Shown here in pieces: positions 1 to 12,200 of a DNA stretch of 64,000 nt. The stretch lies in contig MU054323.1 of NCBI GenBank assembly GCA_013239625.1, forward strand, positions 12,283,694 through 12,347,693, in the 5' to 3' direction. The DNA comes from Lama guanicoe (Eukaryota). Positions within the stretch are counted from its first letter, which is position 1. Each line of letters opens with the position of its first letter. The notes under the pieces were generated by a model that searched no databases, was not told the origin of the DNA, and saw only the letters and a list, made by a program, of their open reading frames with translations. The translations under genes were made by a program, and so were the position numbers.

Positions 1-19
1 AAGAGGGGAAAAAATGAAG

Positions 20-320
20 AATATATATTTAACAGTTTCCTGTTGTGGGCAATGAGCAGTCCTACTGGAAACTCCAGGAAACAGTATGAAACATGCCTCA
101 GAGTATTACCAGAAGGGCAAGGAAACTGGAATAATTATCCCCAATTCCCATTTCACTGGTTGAGAGATGCTTCCAGGGCATTGTCTTCCTAGCATTTCCA
201 ATCTGCCCTGTGAGCAGGTGAGGAAATCCAAGGCAGAGTCACTGGTGCTTCCAGGACAATTTAATGCAAGTGGTGAGAGTCAAGTGTCTGCTATAAAGTC
301 TCACCATCAGAAAGTCTCAC
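20..320. mobile_element. Old MaLR LTR fragment (MLT1I/J-like)
   Basis: Motifs 'aacatgcctcagagt...aaggaaactgga...tggttgagag' resemble MLT1 LTRs as recalled. Confidence 0.5.
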
Positions 321-639
321 ATACAAGTAACTTAAATTTCATTTCTGTCACTCTCTCATTACAAAGAAGCAGTGCATTTTGATGATGCTAGCAATAGAAC
401 AGAACTGGGATGTCTAAAAGTAAACCTCTCAACAAAGCAATTAGAAGTCTCCTGAGTTATTAGGAGTAGTTTAATCCACCAAAAGAAATTTATTTTTGCC
501 TAATTAATCAAAATAGATGTTTACATGAACGATTCCCATTTTTAATGAAATTGCAAAACCCCATTACTATTTGAATATGGTACCTCAAAGAGCCAGCACC
601 AAATACAAAATACAGAATAGTAACATGATATAGCATTTA

Positions 640-805
640 TAACACACAGGACTGAAAATCAGAAGAACTGAATTCTTGTCCTAGCTCTTGATACTAACTA
701 GCCATGCAGACTTCTATAGGTCATGTTATTTGCATGGGACTCACATTCTCCATCAGTAAAAATACAGTAGTAATGTCTGGCCTACTTATTGTTGAGATTA
801 AGAGG
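640..805 (+). mobile_element. MIR SINE
   Basis: Degenerate MIR core: 'cctagctct...actaactagc...ttctccatcagtaaaaa...gttgagattaa'. Confidence 0.6.
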
Positions 806-1331
806 AAAGAAAAAGTTGTGAAATATATTTTTTAAATTGAAAGTACAATATATTAAGTAATAAGGTGTTTCCACTATTGTCATAAAAAGTCAAAGGTGGA
901 AAGGCCCTTAGGGGTCATACTATACAATTCTAACACACGTAAATAAGAAATAAACTCCACTTGAGGAAAGGGCAATGATTTGTTCCAGCAAACCAGTAGC
1001 AAGCCACTGACAAAGCTGAAAACAGATTCCAGTGGAAAGCTTCTAGCATCTCCAGAGTATCTTTCTACTTTGTTGTCTGGACATGTCATTGGGCAAACAG
1101 CTAAATAATATTTTAACTAATTGCTTTAAAAACTCTGTAACACTTTTAAATAACAGTAAATACCATAGGATATTGCAAAATATGAGCTAAGAATTGTGGG
1201 CCAATTGTTTCAAATTTACCAGATCCCTTACATTACCATTTATGCCGTTTGGCATTACACAGAGTCTAGGAATATTAAATTCTATAATCTTTTAAAATTA
1301 AATTGATTTCCATAATCAAAAACTGAAAATA

Positions 1332-1568
1332 GGGGGGTGGAGAGTGGGAAGGGATAGACTGGGATTTCAAAATTGTAGAATAGATAAACAAGATTACACT
1401 GTATACCACAGGGAAATATACACAAAATGTTATGATAACTCACAGAGAAAAAAATGTGACAATGAGTGTGTATATGTCCATGAATGACTGAAAAATTGTG
1501 CTGAAGACTGGAAAGAAGACTGGAGACACAACATTGTAACATGATTATAAATCAATAAAAAATGTTAA
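1332..1568 (+). mobile_element. 5'-truncated young L1 3'UTR fragment
   Basis: L1 3' end with aataaa and A tail; perfect 14-bp TSD aaaaactgaaaata (1318-1331, 1569-1582). Confidence 0.85.
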
Positions 1569-2857
1569 AAAAACTGAAAATATAAAAAGCCAATTAAAAT
1601 TTGTTTCCTACTGAAAGATTTATGCTTTCCTGTCCTTTAAAAAACACTTCATAATGAAGATTGCCTTTTGTCCTTCTTGCTTTAAAATTCAATTTATCAG
1701 TTGAACAAATGCCAACTGAAGTCTATTATGTGCTAGATTCAAATGGATAAATTTTAAATGGAAATAAAAACTTCTTAGAAAAAAACTTCCATTTATAAAA
1801 TTGTTAAGGTAAAATATTTTTATTAAATCTAGTTCAAGGGCCTAAGTATTTACTTTAAAAGCTCACAAAATTCAGTCTGTCATTTATGTCATTCACATAT
1901 CATTCTAGTTTTGTCAGTTTTCATCTTGTTTGAATATTTTCTCCTTAAATGTATATAACATCACATTCAGTAAGTAATTCAGAGACTATTGTGGTCAGAA
2001 AAATTTAAATATTGTCCAAAGTTTACATTGGCAGATTTAAAGACCAGAACTCAGGTCTTACTCATAGCTGAATACACTTGGCCTTCAGTAGCTTCTTTGG
2101 TTTCCTTATTAGCATGACAGGAAAAAAATAGGACTACATCTAGCAAAGTTACAAATCTCACTTTACAAAGTATGAAATATGCATTTGAATATAATTTACA
2201 ATTTATAATGGAAAACCAATTGCATATTATGGCTTTCAAAATCAGGGGAACTGCCTTTAAGTTTTCTTCCATTATTTTTATAGTGTGATGGCCAAAACCT
2301 TGCATTAGAATTAAACACATATAAACACTGTAAACGTGATACACCCTAGGTACAAACCACTCTGGGACCACTGGAGAATCCTTGAACAAATAAATGACAA
2401 TCAGAAACTCTAAGGTTCTTTAGAGTACCCACAGACAGAGCATACCCAGCATTCACAATAGGCGAATAAACTCCATCCACAACAGTGACTTTACAAAGGC
2501 AAAGGTCCCAGTTACTAGTAGTACTTCTACCAAACATATGGTCAGTGTGATAACTGTGCCATGCCACTCAGTTTTACATGGCAGGAAAACAGGCAAAGGA
2601 CAGAGGAAACTTATCTGTCAGCTGTTCTTGGCTCCCCTCCCAGTATTTTGACATTAACAGGTATAAATAGAGCAAGCTCCCTCAATATCCTTTCCTGCTA
2701 TTGATATGGCTGTTTTAGATTTAAGAAGCACCTCTGTTTAGAAAAGCTACGTCACTCCCACTAACAATTAGGTAACAATCATAAACTTACAATTTCTTTG
2801 TTGAAAGTTAGTGTTAAATGATCAAAATCGGTTTTCATTTTAAAAACAATTTCCCTT

Positions 2858-2968
2858 GGAGGGGAGGGTACAGCTCAGTGGTAGACTACTTAGTGTGTAC
2901 AAGGTCCTGGGTTTGATCCCCAGTACCTCCATTAAAAAATAAACCTAATTACCTCTCCCTCAAAAAAG
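2858..2968 (+). mobile_element. tRNA-derived SINE (camelid Vic-1-like)
   Basis: A box cagctcagtggtag, B box ggtttgatccc, A-rich tail; TSD core atttccctt on both sides. Confidence 0.85.
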
Positions 2969-3059
2969 ATGATTTCCCTTAACAGTTTTATACAAATGAA
3001 GTAATCTGTACTGATTCCATTAGCTTTTTTCAGCTTGCTGATCTATAATTTTAGGTCTA

Positions 3060-3120
3060 CACAGGTAACATACCCAGGTGATGCTGTGCTGGTCTAGGGA
3101 TCTGACTTTGAGAACCACTT
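3060..3120. mobile_element. MER5A-like hAT fragment
   Basis: 'cccaggtgatgctg...tttgagaaccact' terminus. Confidence 0.55.
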
Positions 3121-4215
3121 TGAGGACAGAGTCGATTTTCATTTAGAAATTCTCATACAGAACATTAAATGTGGAAGCAGAAACTTACATTTCTTACAAT
3201 TAACTTTTCCATCTAGAATATAGAACAATTCTATTCCTTCTCACATGTGGCAGTCACTCAAATATCTGAAGAAAACTCCCTCTTCAAACTTATTTTCTCC
3301 AAAGTAACTATCACCAATTTCTTTGCATCCTACTCTCCACAGCACTCAGGCCTTTCAACATCCTGGCTGACTCCCTATGAACACTAATAGTACATAATGT
3401 CCCTCTTGATATGTGTAGCACTTGCAATTTAACACAATAATATAAAGTTGTACTCTGAATATCAGAGTGCATGTGGTTTATTACATCCCCTAATGAATAA
3501 TAATTTTTATAACATTAGGTCTGTCAGCAACTGTATCACGGCACTTCTACAACTCTAGTCAGTCTATGGATCAATACTGCTCCTTAATGATGTTTTCAGT
3601 GATTCAAAGTAAATGAGAAAAAAAAATAGTGATTTTCACATCGATTTAAAGTTATTCAAGTTAAAGAACTCTCTTCTATTCTGAGTTTTTGTCCTTCCTA
3701 AATATTGGGCCAGTCTGAGAGGGTCTTAAAGCAACGGTGATCGTAGATGGTAGTTTTTTCCCCCAAAAGTCTTTCTTTATATGGCAAAATGAAGTCTCAC
3801 ATTTCACAATCTTTCTTAAGTTTGGTCTAGCATCCTAGGGTACTCAGGTAAAAAGGCTTTCATCTGTTCCATCCTCTATTACCATCTAAGTAGCCAAGTG
3901 TTTAGAATAATTTATATAGTTTTTGGTAACCAATCACAAACTCCACTCATCACTTTTTCGATTAATTTCTGGCAGCAAAGCAAACCTCCTAATGGGCTCC
4001 AGCAAATAAAAGAGCTTCAAAGTGCCTTAACACTAGTTCCTAAGAGTTCCCAGTTTCCCTTACCCACTTCTTACTTACCTTTATAATCCTAAATGACACT
4101 CAAACCCAACTAACCAGACTGTATCAAATTAAGAGAGACCTGGAATGGCAGAAACTTACAACCATTTGTTGCAGTAACTAGCCAGTAATTTGAACTACAA
4201 ACGAACTACAGGACA

Positions 4216-4430
4216 AGGGACAACAAATAATGTCCTGTGGACCAAATCCAATTCACCATCATTTTGTGTAAATAAAGTTTGAGAGAAACACAGCCACACT
4301 CACTCATTTATACATTGTCTATGGCTGCTTTTGTGTTACAATAGCAAAGGTGAATAGTTGGGAAGAGACCATATGGCCTGCAAAACCCAAAATATTTACT
4401 ATGTGGCCCTTTACACAAAAACACTAATCT
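4216..4430. mobile_element. MER58A-like hAT MITE
   Basis: 'aaataaagttt...cacagccacactcactcattta...gtctatggctgctttt...aaaatatttacta'. Confidence 0.8.
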
Positions 4431-5399
4431 AGGGTAATGAACTGAAGAAAAATTTGAGATTTGCAACAATAACCATTAACTAACTCAGGACACCTACTGT
4501 CTCTATTGGAATAGCTAAATATAAACACTGGAATCTGAATGTCCTTTACCCTATTCTGTATAAAGATTTATTGCCCACCCAAGACAGAGAGCATTTACTT
4601 ACCTGCTCACTGAGCTAACTTTTAACATACATTTCCCAAGGACTCATTAGTAGAACAGTGAAGAATCCATGAATATACTGCTCTGCACACTCTAAGGCTT
4701 AAAAAAAGTGCTGTAAATAACTCAAAAGTATATAATAAAAAAGAAACTGTATAGAACTACACAAAAATTTCCTTTACATTTTATATTTCAAATAAAAACA
4801 CTTTTAAAGGCACTTAAAGTAGGAAAGCTTAAGTTCAACAATTTAGGTAATATTAACTGCATTAAGTAACGCAAATTAACTTCCCTTTTGTGTTAAAAAA
4901 AAGTACTTTCATTTTCATGTATGTAGAGTGGAAATTAAAAGATAATACTTCTAATTCAATCACACAGTTTTCAAACATAAGTGACATCAGAATCTTTAAA
5001 GAGCAAAGTCACAACATCGAAGTTTTCTGAAACTGCAAAGTGCTTAAGAGATCACCTCCATATCTTACAACAGTTAAGTTTCAATACAACATGAAATGTG
5101 TGTGGTGAGACAGCTAATTAGTGGCAGAGGCAGAAGCAGAACCCAAAACCTAACTATCAGTTTGGAACTCTTTCTATTTTATGACTGAGTTTGAAAGATA
5201 TGTTCAAACTCCAGGAAAGGGTGGAGTGATGTCAAAATATTTTAGTTTAAATGTACAGTAAACATACTCAGAGGGCTACAGCCCTCCCTCAACCTAAGCA
5301 AACCTCTTGTATTTTTTTATTAATCAATCAACTATAAAATTACAGAAGGGAAAAAAATAATTGATTGTAAAGCCACTCTTATTAGAATGATCAAAAGAA

Positions 5400-6050
5400 C
5401 AACCAATTATTTGCTTAACAAATTGTCAAAGATTAGAAAAAATGATACTCAGTGGTGGAGACGGGGCATTATAATGAGTACTCATATATTGCTAATTTGG
5501 TACAATCTTTCTGAAGGGTAACTTGGTCATTTTGTAAGGAGCTTAAAAAAGTCTCATCACCTAAACCAATTATCCCATTCCCATGAATATATCCTAAAGA
5601 ACTAGTCTAATATAGAATTCAAATTTCACATACAAAGATGTCCATCCCACTATTACTTATAATTATGAAATATTAGAAACAATCTAATATCCAAAGAGAG
5701 AACTGGTTCAATTGTAGTATATTCATACAATAGAATATTAGGCAGCCATTTTTTTAAAATCACATTTTCAAAGACATGGAGAAATACTTATGACGGTAAG
5801 TTATAAAAGTAGGGTATACAACTATAAGGTCAGTATAATCTCAATTGTCATTATGCACACACACAAACACATATACACATTCATACATATAAACAGCATA
5901 GACAAAAGTTGAAAGAAAATACAAAAAATATTAACAGTGTTATCTCTGGATAGTGAGATTGCAGATTTTTCTTTCTCTTCTTTATACTTTTCGGTATTAT
6001 CTAAATTTTCTATAGTAATCATGTATTAGTTTTCTATCCAGAAAACATTA
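5400..6050 (+). mobile_element. Old L1 (L1ME/MC-like) 3' region
   Basis: Degenerate ORF2-end and 3'UTR motifs, e.g. 'atacaatagaatattaggcagccatt' and 'ttaacagtgttatctctgg'. Confidence 0.65.
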
Positions 6051-7069
6051 AAAATTCACTCTGTAGTCAATTTTGAAATTTTTATAGTCTATATAATAAA
6101 TAAGGAATAAATATTTACAGTACTCGAAAGTATATCTGAATTATGGGAAATAAATCACTAATACATAAGAATATAATTTCCACACATGTATAGGTGGGTA
6201 ATTTTGAATCCAAAAGATTACATTATTTTATCTCAATTCTTGAGTATAGAAAGTTGGTATTTAGTAAATAAGAAATGTAACTCTTTAAATAAACTTGGTG
6301 CAAGGCATCTAAAAATTGTGCTATTCTGGCATAACACTGAAGATATAAAAGCTCTCCAATGTAATATAAATACCCAGTGTTAGATTAAATAGGTATAATC
6401 TAGTACATACATGATGGCCAATAATCAGCTAACTGAATTACCTTTTGTTTTTGTTCTGTTTTTTTTACAAAAATGCCTAGAATTGATCCAAGCTAAAGAA
6501 AGAAATACAACACCATACCATTATTTTAGTTGGAAGAGCCGCACCAAAAATCATGAACTATAGAAATTGTAGAACTATAAGAAAATCCAGTGGGTTTTTT
6601 TTTTGTTGTTAATGATTTCTTGCTAAAAATTCAAGTAAGAGAGTCAAATTGCTTGAAGCACTAAAAAAGCATAGCAGCAGTGTATGGTCTGCAATGATTT
6701 GAATAACACTAAGAATATTCTTTAATGTTTCCTCATTTGCAGACTACTGCCTATCAAACACAATCTCTAAATTATAGAAGTACATCTATGTTCTTTTACC
6801 AATCTTGAATTTATATTGTATTATAATGTAGTAATGACACAAAGTGATGTCACACACAAAAAGGCAAACTATGTAATATTATAAGCTAACTTTAAAATGA
6901 ATCTAATAACTGTGATAAAAAAAATCACATAAATACGTAAAATATAAAATACATCCTAACATTTTTACATAAGAGCTTAAGTTTACCACTTTTAACATAA
7001 AAATTCTAAAATGGAATTAATAAAAAACAATTTTCATATGTACCACAGAGCAATAAGTTTAAATCAGAC

Positions 7070-7614
7070 TATTTTGAGTTGTGTAGCCCTTTATTAGCAA
7101 CTAAAATAGAAGGTATCTGTTGTACAACACGGGTAGTAATTGACTATAACTGGAGATTTATTATATTCTAATACAGATCATTTATAAATGCAATTTCTTT
7201 ATTAAAAAGCTTCCACCCTTTTTGTTTGTGTACAATTTGCAAAACTATTCTGAAAGCGGAATATATGTGCACAAGTCTGCAAAGAGTGCAAATTTAGAAT
7301 ATGGTAAATGCTTTACAAGTTACTTTCAAAAAACTGACTGCCACAACTGGGCCTTTACATTGCCTTTTTTTGTTTTTTTTGATCAAAATATTTTGATGCC
7401 AGCCTTCCTTCCACTGCTCTAAACTATAAAGCATTTTTTAATGAGTTGAAATTAAGGAAGGACTACACCTACTAGAAAAGAAGAGAAGAAAGTTCTATTA
7501 GTTTGAGGTTTCAGAATCCCTCCCAAACCAGGACCAGTGTCTTGGTAAGGGTTAGGCTGGGACCCTGGACAGAGTATGAGTATGTGCAGGTGGCATCCCT
7601 GAGGATTCAGAGCT
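7070..7614 (-). other. MEMO1: MEMO1 3'UTR (3' end approximate)
   Basis: Repeat-free sequence downstream of the stop, running to the AATAAA cluster. Confidence 0.7.
7090..7203 (-). terminator. Cluster of three AATAAA polyadenylation signals (7198-7203, 7157-7162, 7090-7095)
   Basis: tttatt on the + strand at each position, 410-525 nt past the stop codon. Confidence 0.65.
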
Positions 7615-7746
7615 TCAGTGAACCGTGAGTGCTCCAGCTGCATAACTCACTGAACTGTCTTGCCAGTTTCTACACTGGCTTGACTGGGCATAATTCAAAA
7701 AGGAAAAGCTCATATTCATTCCGTTCTTCTGCAGTTCTGTGATAGC
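7615..7746 (-). CDS. MEMO1: MEMO1 terminal coding exon, 132 nt: AITELQKNGMNMSFSFLNYAQSSQCRNWQDSSVSYAAGALTVH*
   Basis: Poly-T plus tag acceptor; TGA at 7615-7617. Contains the C-terminal SVSYAA motif. Confidence 0.97.
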   Translation of the reverse strand, partial: AITELQKNGMNMSFSFLNYAQSSQCRNWQDSSVSYAAGALTVH

Positions 7747-9107
7747 CTAAAAAAAGAAAAATTTGGTTATGACAGATAACATATAAAAAAGTGAGCACTC
7801 TTTGAATGTGCTGGTTGCTTAACTTTGTCCACTTCACAGATGAAGCCTAGATCTCTCAGTCTCCTTTTGTTTCTTGAATTTCGTGTCACCTCATATAAAA
7901 TAGGAAAAAGAATTTTTTATTTCATTCTCTCAAAGAACGTCTCCTACTCTAGCTTCTTGATAAATATGAGTCATCTTCCACTCTACCTTTCCCTGTAATT
8001 TAGTAAGGCTACTTTAATAAATCAACAAATAAAATTTAAAAAAAATATATAATATCTTTCTCTCTATTCTCTAAACCAAATCTTCTGTCTTGAGATGTTG
8101 GAGTCTTCTTTTTGCATGATTTTGACTAAATTTGAAACACATATAAATTAAGTTTCAAATCTAAGAGGTATATCAGGATTTTTACTTTATGAACTGGTTC
8201 ATCACTTATTTTACAAAAATTTTATTTGATACAATTCAAACTTTAGTAAAGTTGTATAGCTTACTCTAAATTCCAAAAATAAGTTTGAGTCCTTAACAGG
8301 TTTTTCTTCCAATCAGTCAATACTGCTTAAGAGAAAATATTTCCTAAAAATCCACTATGTACTGTATTTCAAATCGCATTCAAGTAATACTGGACACTTT
8401 AGGTTCCTACCCTAGACTATGTTAGACTACATTACCATCTCTATTATTTCTCTGCCTCTCCAAACAATGAGCCCATTAATACTTCCTCCCCCTATTTCCC
8501 TGAGTATACACTTTCTTCTTTTTTAATGAGTCATACATTTTCTTTCAATTTTTGGGTTTTGTATTGGGGGGGGAAATTAATGTTACCTCTTTCAAAAATC
8601 CAGTTAACCAAAACTTCTGCCCCTTTATGGGTTTTTTAATAAAATATTATTGTTTTTGTTGTAAGGAGAAAAACATATACATGTCATCTGTCTTGCCTAA
8701 ATTATGAATTTATAAAATTCAAGAGCAGAATCTTCCACTTATTTTTTAGAGTCTAGAACATTAAATAAAACCAAAAAACTAGTAAGACCATATCTCTTAA
8801 AAGGTTACTATGGTTTATATTTGTAAAGAGCATACTGGAATTGGATGAGAGTCAAGAGAAAAAAATGGACTTCTAAATAACTTTCTTTATTTAAAAGAAA
8901 GTACTGGCTTGTTTTACAGTGATAAGCAACTGTATTTAAGTAACCAAGACAATAGAAATTTAAATTATCTTAAAGGTATTAGAAAGAAAACTGACCATAT
9001 ATACTTAAAACCAGTGCTAATAAGGTAACACAGATGATAACAATTATGATATTTTGAAACATCACAGGATCCAATATTAAAAATTAAGGCTTCCTAAGGA
9101 TACTTAC

Positions 9108-9212
9108 ATTTAACAACACCCCAATGGGATGTCTTCCACATATAGTATTATGGTATTTCTTCAAATAATTGCTAAAAGATACAGGGTCTAATTGTTCTAT
9201 AATACTCATACC
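9108..9212 (-). CDS. MEMO1: MEMO1 coding exon, 105 nt: [35 protein letters not shown]
   Basis: Poly-T plus tag acceptor, donor AAT|gtaagt. Contains the TICG motif. Confidence 0.97.
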
Positions 9213-12200
9213 CTAAAAAAAAAAAAAGAGAGAGAGAGAGAAAAAGAAAATGAAAGAAAAAGAAAAAAGGACAATTTATTATTTCCTAATTACATTTTAA
9301 AACTATTACTTACAGCTAATGATCATAATCTTTCAATTAAGGAGAAGGAAAAAAATACATTAAACTTTGTGAAGTATCAAACTCATTAATCAAAAGTAAT
9401 CTCATTATAGTCAGCTCTCAATAATATATATACTTTATAAACAGAAACGTTTAATACCTAGTTTAGTTTCCTCTGACCTCCTGGTATGTTTCTGTACCAC
9501 TTTCCACAGCTGTCACTTAGCTCACAATCCTCAAACATTTCAGGACTTCATACTTTTCTTACATGTATGCATGTGTGAGGCATGTGTATGTCTGTGCGTG
9601 TATTTACAACAGTAAACTTGTGAAAATTTTCATACAAAATCTAAAATTAAGTTTGATATATGGCTGTTTTCCCCATATCCACTATATTTCTCCTACCAAT
9701 GGCATAAATAATGAAGAGTTGATTACAATTTAACTATTTCCATAACATATACTTAAATAGCAACAGTTTGCAAGGCATTTTGAATTTCCAGTAATTATTG
9801 AGGTATGTGATAAAAAGATACCACAAACTAAGAAAATAATGTATTTTTAATCAGCCTTAAGCTCATAAAAGACTGATAAAGCTTAAACAAAATAGGTCTT
9901 TACAAACAAGTTTAAAAAAGAAAGGCTTTTTATCCTTTTAAACTAGAATGCTTTATTTTCAAGATTTTAATTGACAATCAAAATGTTTAGAGTACTATTA
10001 AAACAACCACTATGACCTGGACACTTTTTACACTTAACTCTGTACTCCACAAATGCATTCGAATAATGTATTCATAATACATTAATATAGAGCAACTATA
10101 ACTCATCCAAATCAAGCAAATAAATCAGTGATTCTAACTCAGTCATTCACCAACTATCTTACCTTGTTTTCTTATTCAGGTAAAATACCTTACATTTGTG
10201 TTCAATAAACTGGATTAATATCCTTTGGGAGAAATGTAAATGGTAGTTTAACTATGGAATTAACTGATATATTTTGTGTGTATTTTAAAATTCTATTTCA
10301 ACATGTTTTAACAAGCATGGTACAAAAGCACCTACAGTTTTCAGATGAACACTCATCTGAAAAATAACAGCAATCAGTAGGTGACAGTACAAATAGTACA
10401 GTTGCAGCATCAAAATTTAATTTTATAAAGAAACTTTTTTCAGAACACCCAAGTCCTTCACAAACATTACATTTTTTTCTACAAAATATCTAAAAGATAA
10501 GCATATGTGTGTATAGTCAACTCGCAACTGCTTGCACATCAATTAGCTACTCTCATATTTATCCACAATCAAGTGTTTAATGCTAAGTTGGTTTTCCCTT
10601 GCCAATTAGGAGGCATCCAGGTCAACACTATATACTGATACTCAGTACAAATTCACAGAAATATGAACTAATTCAAAAGTTAAACCTAAGATAAACAATT
10701 AGTATCATAATTCTGATAAAAAGAAAATCACTCAATATTATTTCTAAATCAAGGAGTAATGCAGATATGGAGTTACAAATCTCTTCCATAACTATGGAAA
10801 ATCAAGGTATAACTCCCTAAAGATGAAGAAACTAAGGCATGAAAAAGGTTAAAAGCTTGTCTCTAAATTTCTAGTCCTAGGCTCCTTCTCATTGTCTTAC
10901 TCTGCTTCATATAGTGTAACAAGGGACATACTAAAAATTCTTAAATATTTTCAATAGCTACAATTAGTATACATAGTATAAGAAAGTTTTAATGCTCCTA
11001 GATGAAGTCTAAGACAGCTTACCTTACATAGAATGCCACTCATTAATAAATTATGTAACAATGAGGTTCCAATGTATTTTTTAATATTAAAATCTCAAAG
11101 CACATTGTGAATAAGCTTATCACATTTATATACTGACATGAGTAATTCAAAGAGAAGAAAACAAATGATCACATTTGTAGAAGACAAAAAATTCAAACTG
11201 GCCAAGAAATTTCATACAGAAAATATAATGTTAAAAATGTACAGAAGACACTACTAAATAAAGTGTTCCAAATGAAATTTGATGGTTAAATTACAACATG
11301 GAAAATTAAAACCTGAGGTGATGGAAGTTAAGGGATTAAATTTAAAACTTTAATTCCCTCAAGTGTGTTATGTACCTACCAGGGCAAGAATCAATTCCAT
11401 TATACTCAATTCTCTGACAAATGTGATAGTTAAGAGATATGCCTTTTTATATAGGAGGGACTGAGAGGAAAAATTAAGGTGCTTCTCATGAGTGAAACTC
11501 TCCAACTGGAAAATTCATGAAGTATGCCAGTAACAGCAATAATGATCAGTAAAACTGGAAAATGAAACATTCATTAACTAATACAGAACACTAGCAAATA
11601 TGCTTTTGTATATATTTATGTTTTCATGCTATTTTGAAATTATATTACCAAAATTCCAAGAAGATGAAAATGCTAGTTTTGTACTACTGCCAAAATTCTA
11701 AGAAGATGAAAAATAAAGTGCTTCCCAAATACGTCTAAATAAATTTTCTATTCCTTAAAACACTGGAAGATATGATCAGTAAATCTACAGTCCAGGGGAC
11801 GGAAAGCTTGCCTAGGGCTTGGTATACGGAGAATTTGTTCACATCAATTTCACTTAATATGAAGCAGTGAAGTGGGTCAATCACTATCCATTCACCTCTA
11901 AGATACAAAGCAGACGTTATAAACACCAAAAGCCTATCCATCACAATCTGGGTTTCCGAAAAATTTAACAGCTTCAGCATGAAATCCGCAGACTGAAAGC
12001 TAACTCCCTACCTTGAGGAGAACGAGGGCGGAAGGAATCTATCTTTGTGCTGACTCTCCAAGTAATGGGTGAAAGCTCGTAATGTCAAATCCTAAGTGAC
12101 AATCCTAAACTGAACAGGCAGTTTTAACTGGCAGAGCTGCAAATTCAGGACTCTAATAAGACAACAAAGGTCTTCTCTTTTTAAAACTTTATAAACATGT

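Noticed and set aside
2858..2968. tRNA-like A/B boxes, also at 46747, 60846 and 63268
   Set aside because: There is no complete cloverleaf, and A-rich tails plus TSDs identify them as SINEs rather than tRNA genes.
11648..11712. Two copies of ccaaaatt(c/t)aagaagatgaaaa separated by a short spacer
   Set aside because: Only two units in mammalian DNA; a local duplication, not a CRISPR-like array.
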